DNA of 63,823 nucleotides, counting the filler, from Reticulomyxa filosa (taxonomy: Eukaryota; Protista; Foraminifera), in NCBI GenBank assembly GCA_000512085.1. It is 26 parts of 26 records of this genome, joined end to end, with 100 filler letters (N's around TTAATTAATTAA, not from the genome) between each part and the next. Parts side by side here need not be neighbours in the genome. Positions count along the whole stretch, not along the records: positions 60,543 to 63,823 come from ASPP01029252.1; 25 more parts are not named here. The stretch is one strand, 5' to 3'. The first letter of the stretch is position 1, and every line of letters starts with the position of its first letter. Below, in pieces: positions 60,963 through 63,823 of this stretch. The notes under the pieces were generated by a model. That model searched no databases and was not told the DNA's origin. It was given only the letters and a program-made list of their open reading frames with translations. Made by a program: the position numbers and the translations under genes.

Positions 60963-61693
60963 TTACAAATAAATGGAGTGCTGATATTTATAAAAAACAA
61001 GTGGATACCTGTCAAAAAATAATGTTACAAATGGGACCCGAAAATATACCAGAAATATATTGGATCAAAGGTCATTCGGGAATACCAGGAAATGAGAAAG
61101 CGGACGACATTGCAAAAAAAGCAAGAAAAACTGCGCAAAATAATCAGCCAGAATTATATCAAAAATCTGATAAAAGCGCATCATTCTTGAATGCAGATGG
61201 TTTGGATCCATATTTCACACTTGTATGGAACAGACATTGGACAAATGAAGGCAATGAAAATCATCCACATGAGCATTCAAAAAAATTTATACGTAATCTT
61301 ATTGATGAGAAATCCTTTGAAAAGATTGTGTTAAATCAGTTAGAAGTACATGAAAGAAGAATCATATGCAGAATTATTACAGGTAAAGTAGTGCTAAACT
61401 ATTACCTCCATAAAATAAACCCTGTACAAGCGCCAGAATGTGATTGGTGCAGAAATGAACACGAAACTTTGGATCATTTCTTGATGAAGTGTCCATATTA
61501 CAATGACTTACTTAAGATGTTGTATTTAAATATTAAAAACATATTTCCAGAATTATATGTGGCAAAATTAAGTATGAGAAAATTAGTAATTGGCAGCAAA
61601 AGATGGAATAAAAATTATACAACAATTGACAAAATTTGTGATAGCAACATGAAGGAAGCTATGAGTAAAAATACGTACAAACCAAGCAAGTAA
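60959..61693 (+). mobile_element. Non-LTR retrotransposon ORF2 fragment: RNase H end plus C-terminal CCHC knuckle
   Basis: YWIKGHSGIPGNEKADDIAK (RNase H), RIITG..LN.YLHKI, CDWC..ETLDHFLMKC. Confidence 0.85.
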
Positions 61694-62218
61694 AATACAA
61701 TTAATTTGTATTGAATGATAATAATCAATGATCGAGCTAACATGTGTGTATCAGTAAGTAGGAAGGAACGTTAGTAGTCAATGAACTATAACCAGGATCC
61801 ACAAAGTTCAAACAAGTAATAGCAAGCAACAACTGCATAAGAGAATCTGTTCTTATATTTTTAAAATTTATCAAAATTTGTGATTGTGACAATCTGTACG
61901 TTCTATCATTTTGTCTTAGTGCCATGTCCTATCTGGACCAGGTATGATGAACTTGCTTTGGTTGCAGAATGATAGTTTTGGATTAGATACATCGCTTAAT
62001 AGTACTAATCACAAAATACCCTGCGCAAGTGAAAAAAAAAAATCAACACCAGGAGCTCATCCATCCATTTTACATGATATAATTACTTACCAATATCAAG
62101 AAGGAGAGAACAAGAGTTATAGAAGAAATACATTATATAAGTCAAACCTTTGAAACATTGGTATGTAGAAAAACTTTTTTAAAAAAGAGCAATTATTGCA
62201 AGTTTAACAATTATCAAC

Positions 62219-63610
62219 TAACAATTTCAGAATGTTTTTGTTGTGGAAAACAATGCTTTGGTAAATCTTCGATGCGAGAGTTTTTAAGTAAAAATAGACG
62301 TGATGCTCGTTCATGCAATGTTCCTCCACATTTCATTCCACGTATTTGTAACTCTGTTTTTAATCTTTCCATCCCCAAACGTTCCAAATCAACGATTGAA
62401 TTAAATTCACTCCATTGTAAAAGTAAATTTGTATCAACAGGAAGTGGATCAGTCCAAGAATCGATAATTATTTGATTAGGATTCAGACAATGTTCAAAAT
62501 CTTTTTCTCCATACAATTGTTGCTATACAAATAATCAAATAAGGAAAAAAAAAAAAGTGTGAACTAATTATATTAACAGCAAAACTACATTAAATGAATT
62601 AAACTTTTTTGTTTTCATCACTATTATTCAAAGTTTGCATATCTTTCAAATGATCGTATTTATTTGTATTACTTTCATTAATTAATCCTAGTAATCCTAA
62701 TTTTTTTTCTTTTTTTTTCGTTGTCTTCTCACTTTTTTTCCAAACGATTTTGAAATGCTATCTCCTCGTATTATTTGTCCTATTTGTCCTATTTTGTTAT
62801 AAACAACAAAAAAAAGATGATAAAAAGCTTGTGAAATCGATTTGTAAATCCAAAAAATTAGCTTATTAATCTCACCTCCTTTGTCAGTTTTGATAGCAAT
62901 AACAGAGCCTATTGAAGACTTTGCAGATACATGTAACAAAGGATTGACAGTAGACCAAAGAATGTCTTTGGTAATATCCAAACACATATCACACAAATCA
63001 AAGTCGCAGGGAGAGTTGTGAGACGAAGCTGGGTTGTCTGATGTATGAAGCAATCCATGGTTGCAGTGCCAGGATGGGCCATAGTAAGCTCGAGAGCAAT
63101 GATCACAGATGATAAAATCACAATCCTTACGCACTCCATAAACTAATGGATGTGAGTGTTGTTTCGTCAGTATCCCTTGTCTAATAATCTGCCAATCCTC
63201 GTTTGTTATTGTCACTCCCTCATTTTTATCATTATTGGGATTATTATTATTATTATTATTATTAATGCTTTCAAAACGAGCATATTCCGATTTCAATTGT
63301 TGTTCCATATCAGCGACTTGTTGTAACATTTGATCCATATTTCTTACATTAGAGAGGTTCGCTGATGTCATTGCTGCATTGGTTTGTGCAGTTTTGTGTT
63401 CATCATGATCCTCGTGCTCGGATGACATTTCACTCCATTCACTCCCATACAATTCTAACAACTCCTTTTCCGTCCCTGATTTCGTATCGATATTGCTACT
63501 GTTGGCCATGTTCCGTTGGTAACTCTGTCCACTCAATATTGCATCCGATATCTGTCCAAACTGTTCATCTTCGGCATGATATATCGGTGCCGGAGAGTTC
63601 TTGTTGGGCC
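62219..63610 (-). CDS. Multi-exon protein with a ZZ/C1-like zinc finger and an SDE2/SF3A3-type SAP domain
   Basis: HSHPL..CDHC..SWHC..CDFDLCDMC, then LERLGMERLKTELQIRGMKCGGTLHERASRLF. Exon linkage is inferred. Confidence 0.65.
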
Positions 63611-63763
63611 TAGGAAAGTGATCTCCCTTGATGGAAAAACAAAATTATAAACAAATAAGGGCACAAATAAATTGCACCTTTACGGAATTTCGCACAAGTT
63701 TGTTTGTTGTTTTTTTTTTTTTAAATGTTAATGTTTGCAGGCTCAGCAAAAAAAAAAACACAT

Positions 63764-63804
<41 letters not shown>

Positions 63805-63823
63805 AGAATAAAGTACGTTTGGC

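Noticed and set aside
1-63823. Gene-neighbourhood system linking tubulin, kinesin, katanin, NACHT, POLE and others
   Set aside because: They lie on separate contigs joined artificially, so co-occurrence is not linkage.

Overview
This window is not one locus. It is 26 short, unlinked contigs joined by 25 identical artificial 100-nt linkers (44 N + TTAATTAATTAA + 44 N), so adjacency across linkers carries no biological meaning. 25 contigs are AT-rich eukaryotic DNA with short microsatellite- or homopolymer-filled GT-AG introns. A type-2 alpha-tubulin and expanded Kelch, WD40, NACHT, TPR and PUB families point to a foraminiferan, most likely Reticulomyxa filosa (inference). One contig (7449-9317) is GC-rich betaproteobacterial DNA (ftsZ end, lpxC, CNP1-like gene). 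Recognisable eukaryotic genes include an SNM1-like nuclease, alpha2-tubulin, two DNA polymerase epsilon fragments, a divergent kinesin, NACHT and SPRY proteins, a Chk2-like kinase, GCN5, an acylated EF-hand protein, katanin p60 and seipin. There is also a Tc1/mariner family with dispersed termini and a LINE RNase H fragment. Many single-base frameshifts sit in homopolymers and look like sequencing errors. The most notable observations are: (1) a 33-aa helical module on its own phase-0 exon, shared between a Kelch and a WD40 protein, a candidate lineage-specific F-box/SOCS-box-like adaptor; (2) an intergenic snoRNA cluster with an atypical U13/snR45-like RNA and an snR38-like RNA; (3) an orphan structured RNA candidate in an ORF-free contig; (4) an alpha-tubulin and a kinesin that have each lost canonical motor-track contact residues; (5) an in-frame, internally deleted POLE copy; (6) a perfect inverted repeat covering a 5' splice site.
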